This document shows positions 19,183 through 28,632 of a stretch of DNA of 64,000 bases, one piece after another. Under the pieces are notes generated by a model that was given only the letters and a program-made list of their open reading frames with translations, had not been told where the DNA came from and made no database searches. Where the stretch lies: NCBI GenBank assembly GCA_937922045.1, contig CAKZXA010000018.1, positions 38,279 through 102,278 on the forward strand, in the 5' to 3' direction. A program made the position numbers and the translations under genes. The stretch comes from an uncultured Acidimicrobiales bacterium (lineage in GTDB: Bacteria > Actinomycetota > Acidimicrobiia > Acidimicrobiales > SZUA-35). The stretch's first letter is position 1. Each line of letters opens with the position of its first letter.

Positions 19183-20001
19183 CTAGTCGTCGTTCTGAAG
19201 GTACTTCATGAGCAGACCGCCGCCACTGTTGGCGTCATCGGTGAGTTCAGAAGCATCCTCAACGGTGCCTTTGAACTCATCGATCTCCGATGGTGACGGA
19301 GGCATCGGTGGCCGCTGGCCGTCCTCACCCATGAGTTGGTCTAGACCGCCGCCAAATTCACCGAGTGAGTCAGGAGCCGGAGCCGGAGCTGGAGCCGGAG
19401 CCGGAGCGGGCGGGGCTGGCGGAGCAGCTGACGCCTTGGCCCGTTGGGTCGGCGCGCCACCGGGAGCTCCGACCGTGACCAGAGCCCGCTCGGCCAGATT
19501 CTTGATCTGCCGGCTACCCTCGACCTCGCCCATACTCAGGCGGTCGCAGACATCGGCTGCGGGGCAGCCCGAAGCGATGACGGTCAACACGGCCCACTCG
19601 GAACGGTTAATCGTGATCTCTTCGGCTGGAAGATCAGCTGCTGGCAAGACCATGTGATCGAGAGACGGCACAGCCGCTTCGATCTCACGCCAATCTGCCA
19701 GTCGATTCTCGGCTGTCACCAGCACGTTGGAAACGTTCTCTACCGTGTCGGTTGGCTCAACGTCACGGCTGGTGAAGTTGAAGGTGCCTTCCTGGTAGCG
19801 GAGCATCTCAAACATAACGTCCTCAACGGACGTGCCGTTGGCCGTATAGCTAGTGTTGCCGCCGATCAGGCTCCCGTCTGAGAAGACGAGTGAACCGTTT
19901 CCACGATCGCCCTTGATATCGAGTTGACCGGTCTTCGCTGTACCGGATAAAAGTCCCAGCACCTCATCGAGTGCAAAGTTGTCAAGCGAGCCCTGGAGCA
20001 T
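19183..20001 (-). CDS. DUF4388 (PatA N-terminal / PATAN-like) domain protein with an (Ala-Pro)n tract and an acidic tail
   Basis: 272 aa. The N-terminus MLQGSLDNFALDEVLGLLSGTAKTGQLDI...GSLVFSDGSLIGG...EDVMFEMLRYQEGTFNF fits the DUF4388 pattern as I remember it. The middle segment may be helix-turn-helix-like, and the tract APPAPPAPAPAPAPAPAP follows. Confidence 0.7.
   Translation of the reverse strand: MLQGSLDNFALDEVLGLLSGTAKTGQLDIKGDRGNGSLVFSDGSLIGGNTSYTANGTSVEDVMFEMLRYQEGTFNFTSRDVEPTDTVENVSNVLVTAENRLADWREIEAAVPSLDHMVLPAADLPAEEITINRSEWAVLTVIASGCPAADVCDRLSMGEVEGSRQIKNLAERALVTVGAPGGAPTQRAKASAAPPAPPAPAPAPAPAPAPDSLGEFGGGLDQLMGEDGQRPPMPPSPSEIDEFKGTVEDASELTDDANSGGGLLMKYLQNDD
19373..19408 (-). repeat. 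hexanucleotide tandem repeat (GGAGCC and close variants, 6 units) encoding (Ala-Pro)n
   Basis: Read directly as GGAGCC GGAGCC GGAGCT GGAGCC GGAGCC GGAGCG, degenerating to about 19426. It is in frame within the DUF4388 gene. Confidence 0.9.
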
Positions 20002-20085
20002 AGTGCGAACCCTTCTTTCTCGCCCTGCTCAACCGCGGGACGAACCGTTCCTGTCCCCCATCCTTCGGTTGCTAAAAGGGCGAAG

Positions 20086-20907
20086 TTAAGAATTGTTGGA
20101 CAGAACGGTTTCTCGCATGTGTTCAAGCGGCGCCTCGACCCCTGTCCACCGCTCGAACTGGAGCCCAGCCTGATGGATCAACATGCCAAGTCCACCCGAG
20201 ATCCGGGCGCCGTTCTGTTCAGCGACGGTAAGCAAGGGGGTGCGACGAGGGTTGTAGACGATGTCGACCACATCATGATTCGGACCGAGAACATCACTCG
20301 GCAGCGGCAGCTGCTCGGGAGCCGGTCCGCCTTTCATACCAACCGAGGTGGCGTTGACGATGACGTCAACCTCAGCCAACGCGGCGGCCTCAGCAACGAA
20401 ACACCGATCGGAGATCTCGGCCACGCCGAGGGCATTCTCTCGGGAACGGTTCACAACCAGGATGGCTTCAGCACCACCACGAGCTGAGGCTTCGACGATG
20501 GAGCACGCCGCGCCACCAGCACCGAGTACACCCACCCGGCGACCGGCCAGGGATCTGCCAAACTCGTGTTCGTAGGCAGCGACGAAGCCATCGCCATCAG
20601 TGGAGTCAGCCCAGATCTTGTCGTCACGCCAGAAGAGCGTATTGGCCGAACCCAACCTGGCGACAGCCTCCGTTTGCTCATCGGCAGCAGCGGCAACTTC
20701 CTGCTTGAGCGGCATGGTGACCGAGAGCCCAGCGAGACCGAGGGTTCGCATCGCCTCTACCGCAGCAGAGCCAGAGTCGACCTGGAACGCTACGTAGACC
20801 CAGTCCAGCCCAGTCTCAACGAAGGCGCTGTTGTGCAGTCGAGGAGAGAGCGAATGATCGATCGGGTTCCCGATCACAGCCGCCACCCGGGTTCGACCCG
20901 AGATCAT
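20086..20907 (-). CDS. aroE: shikimate dehydrogenase
   Basis: 273 aa with motifs GNPIDHSLSPRLHN, SVTMPLK and GAGGAA. It has a 4-nt overlap with the mltG stop. Confidence 0.9.
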   Translation of the reverse strand: MISGRTRVAAVIGNPIDHSLSPRLHNSAFVETGLDWVYVAFQVDSGSAAVEAMRTLGLAGLSVTMPLKQEVAAAADEQTEAVARLGSANTLFWRDDKIWADSTDGDGFVAAYEHEFGRSLAGRRVGVLGAGGAACSIVEASARGGAEAILVVNRSRENALGVAEISDRCFVAEAAALAEVDVIVNATSVGMKGGPAPEQLPLPSDVLGPNHDVVDIVYNPRRTPLLTVAEQNGARISGGLGMLIHQAGLQFERWTGVEAPLEHMRETVLSNNS

Positions 20908-22076
20908 CCGTCGAGTAGGCCTTGCTCCTCCGAGAGGTTCTTCTGATTGATGAAGTCGTCGTACACATCGGTGAAGAAGTGATTGCCATCGCTATCGGCG
21001 AGCACATACCACAACCACTCGCCATCGGCCGGATTCATCGCTGCTTCGAGCGAGGCTCGGCCCGGGGCACCGATTGGCGTTGGTGGAAGGCCTGGATTGT
21101 CGTAATCACGAGAATTATATGGACCAGGTTCTTCCAGAATGCTTGTGGTCAGTGCAACCTGCCGGTCGCCAGCCCCATAGATGTAGGTGGCATCGATACC
21201 TATCGGCTCACCCTGGCGGAGACGGTTGTAGATGACTCGCGCAATCTTGGGGCGGTCGGCGTCAGTCTTGGCCTCGGCCTGGACCAGCGAGGCGATAATG
21301 ATGACCTCGTAGGCGGAAAGTCCATGCTTGCGCTCGGCTCCGCCATATCCCAGTTCGCCGGTGACGGCTGAGAACTCATTGTTCATCTTCGCCACCAGCT
21401 CGGCAGCCGTTATGTCTTCTTCGACGAAATACTTGGCCGGGAACAGCAGGCCGTCCCAGTTGTTGTTTCCGTCAGGCCGATACCGAGGCGTGACCTGGCC
21501 CGACGCCAGTGCCGCTTCCAGCTCTGCGGCCGTGACGCTAGGAACCTGTTGGGCGATGCGAGGCACCATCTCGGTCACCCAGAGGCCCTCGGGTACCAGG
21601 AACTCGCCGTACTCGATCTGTCTCGGGCCGACGCGAAGCATCTCGATCGCTTCGTCAGCCGACATGTTCTCGGCCAAGGTGTACTCTCCGGCCTGGAACT
21701 CTTCATCGCCGTGGCGCCATTGCACGTAGTAGCGGAAGAAGGTGCCGTTGGGGATGACGCCTCGATCTTCGAGAATGCCACCGATATCACCGGTCGTCGC
21801 CCCCGCAGGAATCGTCAGCGTCAGGGCTTCACCAGGGTCGCCGTCAGGGTCGAGCTGAGCACCGAACCAGGTGCGAGCCAAGCCATAGCCGATCACACAG
21901 ATCGCCGCCAGGATAACGACGGCGACGACAGCTCGAAGAAGCCTAAGCCCGATCGGGCGTGCCTTTACGTACTGAGCGTTGTCTTCCCACTCCAAATACT
22001 CGGCTTCACCGTACGGATACTCGTGCGTCGACGGGTACGAAGACTGGTCCTCGTCGCGGGTTTGAAGTGAACTCAC
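20904..22076 (-). CDS. mltG: endolytic murein transglycosylase MltG (YceG-like)
   Basis: 390 aa with a single N-terminal TM (AVVAVVILAAICVIGYGL). The YceG core has the catalytic Glu context ASLVQAEA and the motif LPPTPIGAPG. Confidence 0.9.
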   Translation of the reverse strand: MSSLQTRDEDQSSYPSTHEYPYGEAEYLEWEDNAQYVKARPIGLRLLRAVVAVVILAAICVIGYGLARTWFGAQLDPDGDPGEALTLTIPAGATTGDIGGILEDRGVIPNGTFFRYYVQWRHGDEEFQAGEYTLAENMSADEAIEMLRVGPRQIEYGEFLVPEGLWVTEMVPRIAQQVPSVTAAELEAALASGQVTPRYRPDGNNNWDGLLFPAKYFVEEDITAAELVAKMNNEFSAVTGELGYGGAERKHGLSAYEVIIIASLVQAEAKTDADRPKIARVIYNRLRQGEPIGIDATYIYGAGDRQVALTTSILEEPGPYNSRDYDNPGLPPTPIGAPGRASLEAAMNPADGEWLWYVLADSDGNHFFTDVYDDFINQKNLSEEQGLLDG

Positions 22077-22121
22077 CCTCTTGATGCTAGAGCGATCGAG
22101 GCCCCGCGCGGCGTCATCACT

Positions 22122-22562
22122 TCATCGAGTGCGATCGAGCCATGATTGCAGAATGATGGCGGCCGCTATCTGGTCAACCATGTCTTTTCGTCGACGATGA
22201 TCGATGTTCATCTGGTCGAGGTAGTCGTCGGCGGTCACCGTCGTAAGCCGTTCATCGATCGTCTCGACCGGAAGATCGAGCCGCTTCCGGAGTCCCTTAA
22301 CCTCAGACTGCACGGCACGCGCCGCGGGTCCAGCCTCACCGGTCGAAAGGCTCAGCGGTAGACCGACCACCAGCGAGGTGGCCGACTCCTCGGCAAGTAT
22401 CTTGGCGATCTCCGCGTGTTCCGCCACTCGGTCGCCGACCCGTTGAATGGTCGTATACGGGGTAGCCAAAATCCTTGCAGCATCACTGATGGCTACGCCG
22501 ATACGACGCGAACCAAGATCGAGGCCGAGGGTGCGACCGAGCGGTGGAGACACGACGTTCAA
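22122..22562 (-). CDS. ruvX: YqgF/RuvX putative pre-16S rRNA nuclease (Holliday-junction-resolvase-like)
   Basis: 146 aa with LGLDLGSRRIGVAISD. It has a 4-nt overlap with the alaS stop. Confidence 0.9.
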   Translation of the reverse strand: MNVVSPPLGRTLGLDLGSRRIGVAISDAARILATPYTTIQRVGDRVAEHAEIAKILAEESATSLVVGLPLSLSTGEAGPAARAVQSEVKGLRKRLDLPVETIDERLTTVTADDYLDQMNIDHRRRKDMVDQIAAAIILQSWLDRTR

Positions 22563-25150
22563 CCGCTTGATGACGAAATTCCGGCGGCCTTGCGAGCCAG
22601 GTTCAACGCTTCGTCTAGTCCGTCTGGATCTTTGCCGCCGGCCATCGCCAGCTCATCGCCCTTGCCTCCGCCACCCTTGATGGAGCGCGCCCCATCAGCG
22701 ATAAGAGCGGTGGCCGTAGCAGCAGCATCCGGGGTCACGGCTGCAACCAGGGCTGCCCCGCCACCATCGGGCGCTCCACCGAGAACGACGGTGGTGATGT
22801 CGGCGTGGTCTCGTACGGCCACCGCCAAAGACTTCAGCTCATCCCGCCCGATGCCATCGACACGGGCCACGACGATGCCGTCGACGGCCGTAGCGACAAG
22901 ATCCCCTGATTGGCCTGAAGCAAGCTTGGCTTTCGTTTCCTTCAGCTCCATCTTCACTTCGTCGGCCTCGGCCAACCTCTTGGTCAAACCTTCGAGAACA
23001 TCGCCGCGAGGAACATTGAGTTTCGAGGCTGCCTCGTCGATCACACGAGCCTCGGCTCGCAACAGATCGATGGCGCCGGCTCCGGTGACGGCCTCGACCC
23101 GCCGAAGATTCGATCCAATCGAACCTTCGGATGTGATCTTGACAAGACCGATGTCGCCGAGCGCCTTGACGTGGGTGCCCCCACAGAATTCGAGGGTGGG
23201 TCCGGCCCGCAACACGCGAACCATCTCCCCGTACTTGTCGCCGAAAAAGGCGATGGCGCCCATCTCCTCAGCTTCAGCTTTGGTGACCTCTGGATGGTCC
23301 GTGGCCGGATTGATAAGGACCTGAGCGTTCACGAGGTCTTCGATCTGGGCAACCTGGTCAGCACTCACGGGGTCAAAGTGGCTGAAGTCGAAGCGAAGCC
23401 GTTCGGGCCCGACCATCGATCCCTGTTGTTTGACGTGATCGCCTAGCACTTCACGCAGCGCCCAATGCAGCAGATGGGTGCCGGTGTGGTTGCGGCGAAT
23501 GGCGTCTCGACGCTTCAGATCGACGGTGAGCCGAGCGGTTTGACCAGCGAGCAACTCGCCTTCGACGATCGAAACGACGTGGCGATGCACACCAGGAACT
23601 GCGTACTGGGTATCGAGAACCTCGGCCTTGCCCGATTCCGTTTCGATCGTGCCGGTATCACCTATCTGACCACCGGCTTCGGCGTAGAACGGGCTGCGAT
23701 CGGTGAAGACCGAGATCGTCTCAGATCCAATGCCGGTGACGAGCAAGATCGTGGCCTCAACATCGACCAGTTCATCGCGGCCCACGAAATCGGTCTGGCC
23801 GCTGGTCTCCATCAGGGCCTGTACCTGCTCAAAGTCGGCGGCCTGAACGACGCCCTTGCGGGCTTCTTTGGCCCGGGTGCGTTGCTGCTCCATCGCCGTT
23901 TCGAAGCCAGCCCTGTCGACCGTGTACCCACGCTCGGCTACCACTTCAGCCGTCACTTCATAGGGGAAGCCGTAGGTGTCGTGCAGTAGGAACGCAACGT
24001 CGCCCGGCAGCTGTCCGCCTTCGGGCACATCGGCGAGGCGATCGTCGAGGATCGATGATCCGGTGGCCAAAGTCTTACGGAACTGGGTTTCCTCACGCTC
24101 GACGACGCGACGAACCAGTTCATGGGTCGTCACGAGCTGGGGGTAGTCGGCACCCATGATCTCGACGACAGCGTCAACCAGTTCGGGCGTGACGAGGTCT
24201 CGAACGCCGAGCAGATAGGCGAACCGTACGCCGCGGCGCATGATCCGACGGAGGACGTAACCCCGATCCTCGTTTGAAGGAAACACACCATCGCTGATGA
24301 GGAAGGTCATCGTGCGGGCGTGTTCGGCCAGGACGCGCAGGGCCAAATCTGAATTGTCGTCTTGTCCCAGCGTGTAGCCGGTAATCGTTTCAGCAGCCGC
24401 TATGAGCGCCGACATCTCGTCGATCTCAAAGACGGAGTCCTTGCCTTGAAGCACTGATAGCACACGTTCGAGGCCGGCGCCGGTGTCGATCGCAGGCTTG
24501 GGCAATGGTTTTGATGTGCCATCTTCGTCGGTCTCGAACTGCATGAACACGAGGTTCCAGATTTCGACGAAGCGCTCTTCGCCACCGTGGGCTGGGCCGC
24601 CGTCCTCTCCGTACTCCGGGCCCTTGTCCCAGAAGATCTCCGAACTCGGTCCGTTAGGGCCGGTGTCGGCCATGCGCCACCAGTTGTCCTCATCAAGGCG
24701 TTGAATCCGTTCAGCGGGGACACCGACCGTGTCTCGCCAGATCTCAACCGCCTCATCATCGCTCAGATGAACCGTTACCCAAAGCCGATCAGGATCGAGC
24801 TTGAGCACCTCGGTCAAGAACTCCCAGGCCATCGGAATCGCCTGAAGCTTGAAGTAGTCGCCGAAGCTGAAGTTTCCCATCATCTCAAAGAAGGTGAGAT
24901 GGCGAGAGGTTCGCCCAACCTCATCGAGATCGTTGTGTTTGCCACCGGCTCGCACACACTTCTGGACGGTCACTGCGCGCTGTCGTTCAGGTACTTCCTC
25001 CCCGACGAAGTACGGCTTGAACGGAACCATCCCAGAATTCACGAACAGCAAGGTCTGATCGTGAGGGATCAGACTGGCTGACGCGAGGTGCTGGTGGTCT
25101 CGCTCAGTAAAGAAATCGACGAAGGCTTTTCGCAGCTCTTTGGCTTTCAT
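22559..25150 (-). CDS. alaS: alanine--tRNA ligase
   Basis: 863 aa. It has the class II catalytic core, the editing-domain motifs HTGTHLLH and FCGGTHV, and a C-terminal DHHA1-like domain. Confidence 0.97.
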   Translation of the reverse strand: MKAKELRKAFVDFFTERDHQHLASASLIPHDQTLLFVNSGMVPFKPYFVGEEVPERQRAVTVQKCVRAGGKHNDLDEVGRTSRHLTFFEMMGNFSFGDYFKLQAIPMAWEFLTEVLKLDPDRLWVTVHLSDDEAVEIWRDTVGVPAERIQRLDEDNWWRMADTGPNGPSSEIFWDKGPEYGEDGGPAHGGEERFVEIWNLVFMQFETDEDGTSKPLPKPAIDTGAGLERVLSVLQGKDSVFEIDEMSALIAAAETITGYTLGQDDNSDLALRVLAEHARTMTFLISDGVFPSNEDRGYVLRRIMRRGVRFAYLLGVRDLVTPELVDAVVEIMGADYPQLVTTHELVRRVVEREETQFRKTLATGSSILDDRLADVPEGGQLPGDVAFLLHDTYGFPYEVTAEVVAERGYTVDRAGFETAMEQQRTRAKEARKGVVQAADFEQVQALMETSGQTDFVGRDELVDVEATILLVTGIGSETISVFTDRSPFYAEAGGQIGDTGTIETESGKAEVLDTQYAVPGVHRHVVSIVEGELLAGQTARLTVDLKRRDAIRRNHTGTHLLHWALREVLGDHVKQQGSMVGPERLRFDFSHFDPVSADQVAQIEDLVNAQVLINPATDHPEVTKAEAEEMGAIAFFGDKYGEMVRVLRAGPTLEFCGGTHVKALGDIGLVKITSEGSIGSNLRRVEAVTGAGAIDLLRAEARVIDEAASKLNVPRGDVLEGLTKRLAEADEVKMELKETKAKLASGQSGDLVATAVDGIVVARVDGIGRDELKSLAVAVRDHADITTVVLGGAPDGGGAALVAAVTPDAAATATALIADGARSIKGGGGKGDELAMAGGKDPDGLDEALNLARKAAGISSSSG

Positions 25151-25235
25151 AAGTGCTCTTCAGACTATCGGCCCATCCAGAGGAGGGCAGGCAATTACAG
25201 CGGTCGTAATGTCGACGCACGACGCCGCACAAGTC

Positions 25236-25862
25236 TTAGCGATCGAGTTCAGGGTGCGAGTGGCGAGCGGCTCGCCGTGCCGAACCGATCTCCCATGGTT
25301 TCACGGGGCGCTGGTAGGTGCGTTGCACTCGCTGAACGAGCGCCGCAGGTCGCAGCGGGCGGCGAGCACGGCCGCTAGGAACCGGATCGGAAACACGGTC
25401 GAACGGGTCGACGTCGACGATGGCGTCTCTGCGGTCGAGTAAGAGTTCATCGGCCTCGGCAACCTCGCCAGCGTCGCGCAAAGCTTCGGCCGAAAGTTCT
25501 CGATGAGATCGATCGATCTCCGAGTGCAGATCGCGGCCGAGAGCAGTCCGGAACGCATGCAGTCGTTGTTTCGTCGTGAGGGCTTTACGGGTTCCTCGAG
25601 CCGTCGCTGACCCGGCGCGTGTCGAGACTCGGGCCGCGCTGGCGGCCGCCCTCTGGGCCGCGAGTGCCGATCCTGCTACTCGGGTCGCGTCGCCAGGTAG
25701 CGCCTCGAGAGCATCGGCCACCCTGGTCGGCAGTCGATCGTGAATCTCCTCGGTGGCGGCTGCTATCGAGGCGTCGCTGTAGCGACGGGTTAGGGTTCGC
25801 ACTACCGCCCCCGCTGCAAGCCACCGGAACCGTCGAATCAACCAGCGAAGAAGCAAGGCCAC
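25236..25862 (-). CDS. hypothetical Ala/Arg-rich protein (start uncertain)
   Basis: An open frame with no motif I recognise. The track start (25958) overlaps the DUF948 gene by 97 nt. An in-frame GTG at 25862 shares one base with the upstream TAG (TAGTG) and is my preferred start. Confidence 0.45.
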   Translation of the reverse strand: MALLLRWLIRRFRWLAAGAVVRTLTRRYSDASIAAATEEIHDRLPTRVADALEALPGDATRVAGSALAAQRAAASAARVSTRAGSATARGTRKALTTKQRLHAFRTALGRDLHSEIDRSHRELSAEALRDAGEVAEADELLLDRRDAIVDVDPFDRVSDPVPSGRARRPLRPAALVQRVQRTYQRPVKPWEIGSARRAARHSHPELDR

Positions 25863-26296
25863 TATCGTCCACCCGTTCGCCGAGACCGACCATCGGCCTC
25901 GATCAGATCGATATCGGGTGCCGCATCGGTCTTCCGTCGGCGACGGCCCGAGAGCCATGACCGGGCGACCTTCGATGTGCCCGAGGCTACGGCGAGCGTG
26001 CGAATCATCGGGTCCTGGACCGCCTGGTGGGTACGCTTCGAGGTCTCGCTTATCGCTGTTGTCGCCTGATCAGCACGGTCGAGCACCACGTCTACCTTGT
26101 CCAGCTCAGCGTCGGCATCGGCCACCAGCTGCCGCAACTCGCGAAACGCGGCCATGCCTTCGTCGCGCAGTTGGTGGGCGGTGTCTTCAAGCTTGGCTAG
26201 CGTGTTGTTCAAGTTGTTGACCGCCGTGACGAGAAAGACGGCAGCCACGACCACAGCGATAGCCACGACGAGAGCGGCAAAGTCGGTTATCTCCAT
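25862..26296 (-). CDS. DUF948-like membrane-anchored coiled-coil protein
   Basis: 144 aa with an N-terminal TM (FAALVVAIAVVVAAVFLV) followed by an amphipathic helical region (LNNTLAKLEDTAHQLRDEG...). This layout is typical of DUF948. It lies downstream of rarA. Confidence 0.65.
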   Translation of the reverse strand: MEITDFAALVVAIAVVVAAVFLVTAVNNLNNTLAKLEDTAHQLRDEGMAAFRELRQLVADADAELDKVDVVLDRADQATTAISETSKRTHQAVQDPMIRTLAVASGTSKVARSWLSGRRRRKTDAAPDIDLIEADGRSRRTGGR

Positions 26297-26311
26297 GAGT
26301 ACACCTGTGTT

Positions 26312-27700
26312 TCATTCGCCACGGTTCGCCGACGATGTCGATTCGTGAGCCTCATCGTCACCGGAAACGGACTTCCGGGAACGCAGCGTTTCGAGGCGAT
26401 CAGCAACGATTGCCTCTTCGCCATTGCTCGTCGGTTTGAAATAGTTTTGATGACGCACCTCGTCGGGACGATAGTGCTGGTCGACCCAGCCGTCGGGGTA
26501 GCTATGAGGATAGCGGTACCCCTCCCCGTGACCGAGTTGTCGAGCGCCACGGTAGGAACCATCGCGTAAATGAAGCGGAACCTCACCGGCCGGAAGGTTC
26601 TGCACATCTTCCATTGCGGCATTCAAGCCGGCGTAGGCCGAGGCCGACTTCGGCGCCGTGGCGAGATAGGCGGTTGCGTGGGCCAAGTTGATCCTGGCCT
26701 CTGGGAGGCCAACAAATTCAACCGCCCGTGCAGTCGCATCGGCAACCAGCAGAGCTCGATGATCGGCCATACCAATATCCTCCGATGCGGCGATGACGAG
26801 GCGACGCGCGACAAAGCGGGGATCCTCCCCTGCCGACAGCATGCGGGCCAGCCAATACAGGGCGGCATCGGGATCAGAACCTCGGATGCTCTTGATGAAA
26901 GCGCTAACGACGTCATAGTGCTCGTCACGGCCGTATCGAAGGGCCTTGAGATCGGTGGCTGCTTCGGCGTCGGCCAAACCGACGTGGGGCTTTCCCGCAT
27001 CGGTGTCGTGCTGGTTGCGAGCCGAGGCCAAAGCAACAGCGACCTCAAGGGTGGTAAGCGCCTGGCGCCCGTCCCCTGCGGCACGAGAGGCGAGATAGGT
27101 CAGGGCTTCTTCGTCGCCCGTCGCGCCTTCTGCGCTCAGCCCGCGGGCAAGCAGCTCCAGCAGTGCCTCCTCGTCGAGCGGTTTCAGCCGGAAAAGTGTC
27201 GACCGGCTCCTGAGTGGGGCGTTCACTTCGAAGAAGGGATTCTCGGTGGTGGCGCCGATCAAGATCAAGATGCCGGTTTCTACCGCTGGCAGGAGTGCAT
27301 CCTGTTGTGCCTTGTTGAAACGGTGAACCTCATCGAGAAACAAGATCGTGCTCTGTCCTTGGGCACCGAGTCGCTCCTCGGCCGAAGAAATTACTTGCCG
27401 AACGTCTTTCACCGAGGCCGAAACAGCCGATAGCTGGACGAACTGTTTAGAAGATGCAGCGGCTACAAGACGTGCAAGCGTCGTTTTGCCGGTACCAGCA
27501 GGACCCCAGAAAATGACCGACGACAGGCGATCAACCTCAACCAATCGACGCAGTGTTCCCTCGGGACCCAGAAGATGGGTCTGGCCGACCACGTCGTTCA
27601 ACGACTGTGGTCGCATACGACTGGCTAGCGGCGAGCGGGCCTGCAGCCGTTCCTGGGCGGCCGCCGCGAACAGATTGTCGGGGTCGTTAACCGATGACAC
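26312..27700 (-). CDS. rarA: replication-associated recombination protein A (MgsA/RarA AAA+ ATPase)
   Basis: Walker [10 protein letters not shown], Walker [13 protein letters not shown] and the MgsA C-terminal domain. I prefer GTG 27700, preceded by GGAGGA at 5-nt spacing, over the track's TTG 27715. Confidence 0.92.
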   Translation of the reverse strand: MSSVNDPDNLFAAAAQERLQARSPLASRMRPQSLNDVVGQTHLLGPEGTLRRLVEVDRLSSVIFWGPAGTGKTTLARLVAAASSKQFVQLSAVSASVKDVRQVISSAEERLGAQGQSTILFLDEVHRFNKAQQDALLPAVETGILILIGATTENPFFEVNAPLRSRSTLFRLKPLDEEALLELLARGLSAEGATGDEEALTYLASRAAGDGRQALTTLEVAVALASARNQHDTDAGKPHVGLADAEAATDLKALRYGRDEHYDVVSAFIKSIRGSDPDAALYWLARMLSAGEDPRFVARRLVIAASEDIGMADHRALLVADATARAVEFVGLPEARINLAHATAYLATAPKSASAYAGLNAAMEDVQNLPAGEVPLHLRDGSYRGARQLGHGEGYRYPHSYPDGWVDQHYRPDEVRHQNYFKPTSNGEEAIVADRLETLRSRKSVSGDDEAHESTSSANRGE

Positions 27701-27796
27701 GTCTGTCCTCCACAATCAACGCCTCTCTACCACGCACCCGAGGCTAGCCCGATCGATGAACGACCCCGTCGCCAACCGATCGACAGGATTCAACCA

Positions 27797-28621
27797 ATGA
27801 CCGACATCCTCAACATCCTCTTTCTTATCTGGCTACTGGTAAGCGCCTTGTTTATCGGGCTCTGGTGGTTCCGGCGTCGCGAGCTCGACACCACCGACCA
27901 GGCCACAGACCAGATCGAAACCGCTGATACCGCCACCGATCCGTCGCCCATCGACGACTCAGACATTGGCGACCCACACATCGACGACCCACACATCGAC
28001 GGCCCAACTGCAGACACAGATAGCGGTGCAGACACGAACGACGCTCCGGACGACGGCGCCCAGGTGACCGCCGACCTCCCAGCCGAAGACATCACCGAGG
28101 TCACCGGTGAAGAATCAACCGACACTACGAGCGGCGAGGTTCTCAGTGAAGACGACGCCGAACCAACCAACGCAGCAGCCGGCGACCAAGAGGTCGCCGC
28201 TACCGCTGATACGCCGATCGACACCGAGAACGACTCCTCCGACGAACAGGTCGAGGATGGCTTCCTCTATCATCAGACATCGATCGAGGACATGCTGGAC
28301 GGAATCGTCCTGCCCTACGAGCTCGTCCCGGTGACAGCCAACGTCAAAGACTTCGATCGCCACCGCATCTTTATCTCTAACCACCCAGACGCGGTTGAGG
28401 TCGGCACCGCCTTCGCTGATGAACTCACCCGGCTCGGCTACACCGTCGAACCGGCCGGCTTCGACGAGGCCCTCGCCACCAGAGGTGAAGATTCCTTGTC
28501 GATGCGCATGGTGCCGTCGGCCGCCAGCGCAACCGAAGGAGGACTTCCGGTGTATCCGGCGGCCAGGGAAGACGATGTGGCTCTCGAGGTTTGGGTAGGC
28601 CGAGGACGGCCTCCACGCTAG
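27797..28621 (+). CDS. hypothetical membrane-anchored protein with an acidic disordered linker and a C-terminal globular domain
   Basis: 274 aa, with an ATG preceded by AGGA at 8-nt spacing. It has an N-terminal TM (ILFLIWLLVSALFIGLWWF), about 130 aa of Asp/Thr/Glu-rich sequence and a normal-composition C-terminal domain of about 110 aa. I recognise no family. It is the only plus-strand gene in the first 41.9 kb. Confidence 0.6.
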   Translation: MTDILNILFLIWLLVSALFIGLWWFRRRELDTTDQATDQIETADTATDPSPIDDSDIGDPHIDDPHIDGPTADTDSGADTNDAPDDGAQVTADLPAEDITEVTGEESTDTTSGEVLSEDDAEPTNAAAGDQEVAATADTPIDTENDSSDEQVEDGFLYHQTSIEDMLDGIVLPYELVPVTANVKDFDRHRIFISNHPDAVEVGTAFADELTRLGYTVEPAGFDEALATRGEDSLSMRMVPSAASATEGGLPVYPAAREDDVALEVWVGRGRPPR

Positions 28622-28632
28622 AGGCCCTGCGG

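Noticed and set aside
22416-23324. 302-aa plus-strand ORF antisense to ruvX/alaS
   Set aside because: Its Ala/Ser/Pro/Arg-rich low-complexity translation lies opposite canonical AlaRS. I treat the similar long shadows at 29695..30627, 48279..49166, 15131..15937, 18289..19068, 56962..57675 and 61931..62560 the same way.
25151-25235. T-box or riboswitch leaders upstream of the aminoacyl-tRNA synthetase genes (alaS here; also hisS 31698..31772, thrS 54274..54343, aspS)
   Set aside because: The spacers are only about 70-85 nt or are absent (aspS overlaps hisS). That is far too short for a T-box of about 200 nt or more, and I found no specifier/T-box sequence.
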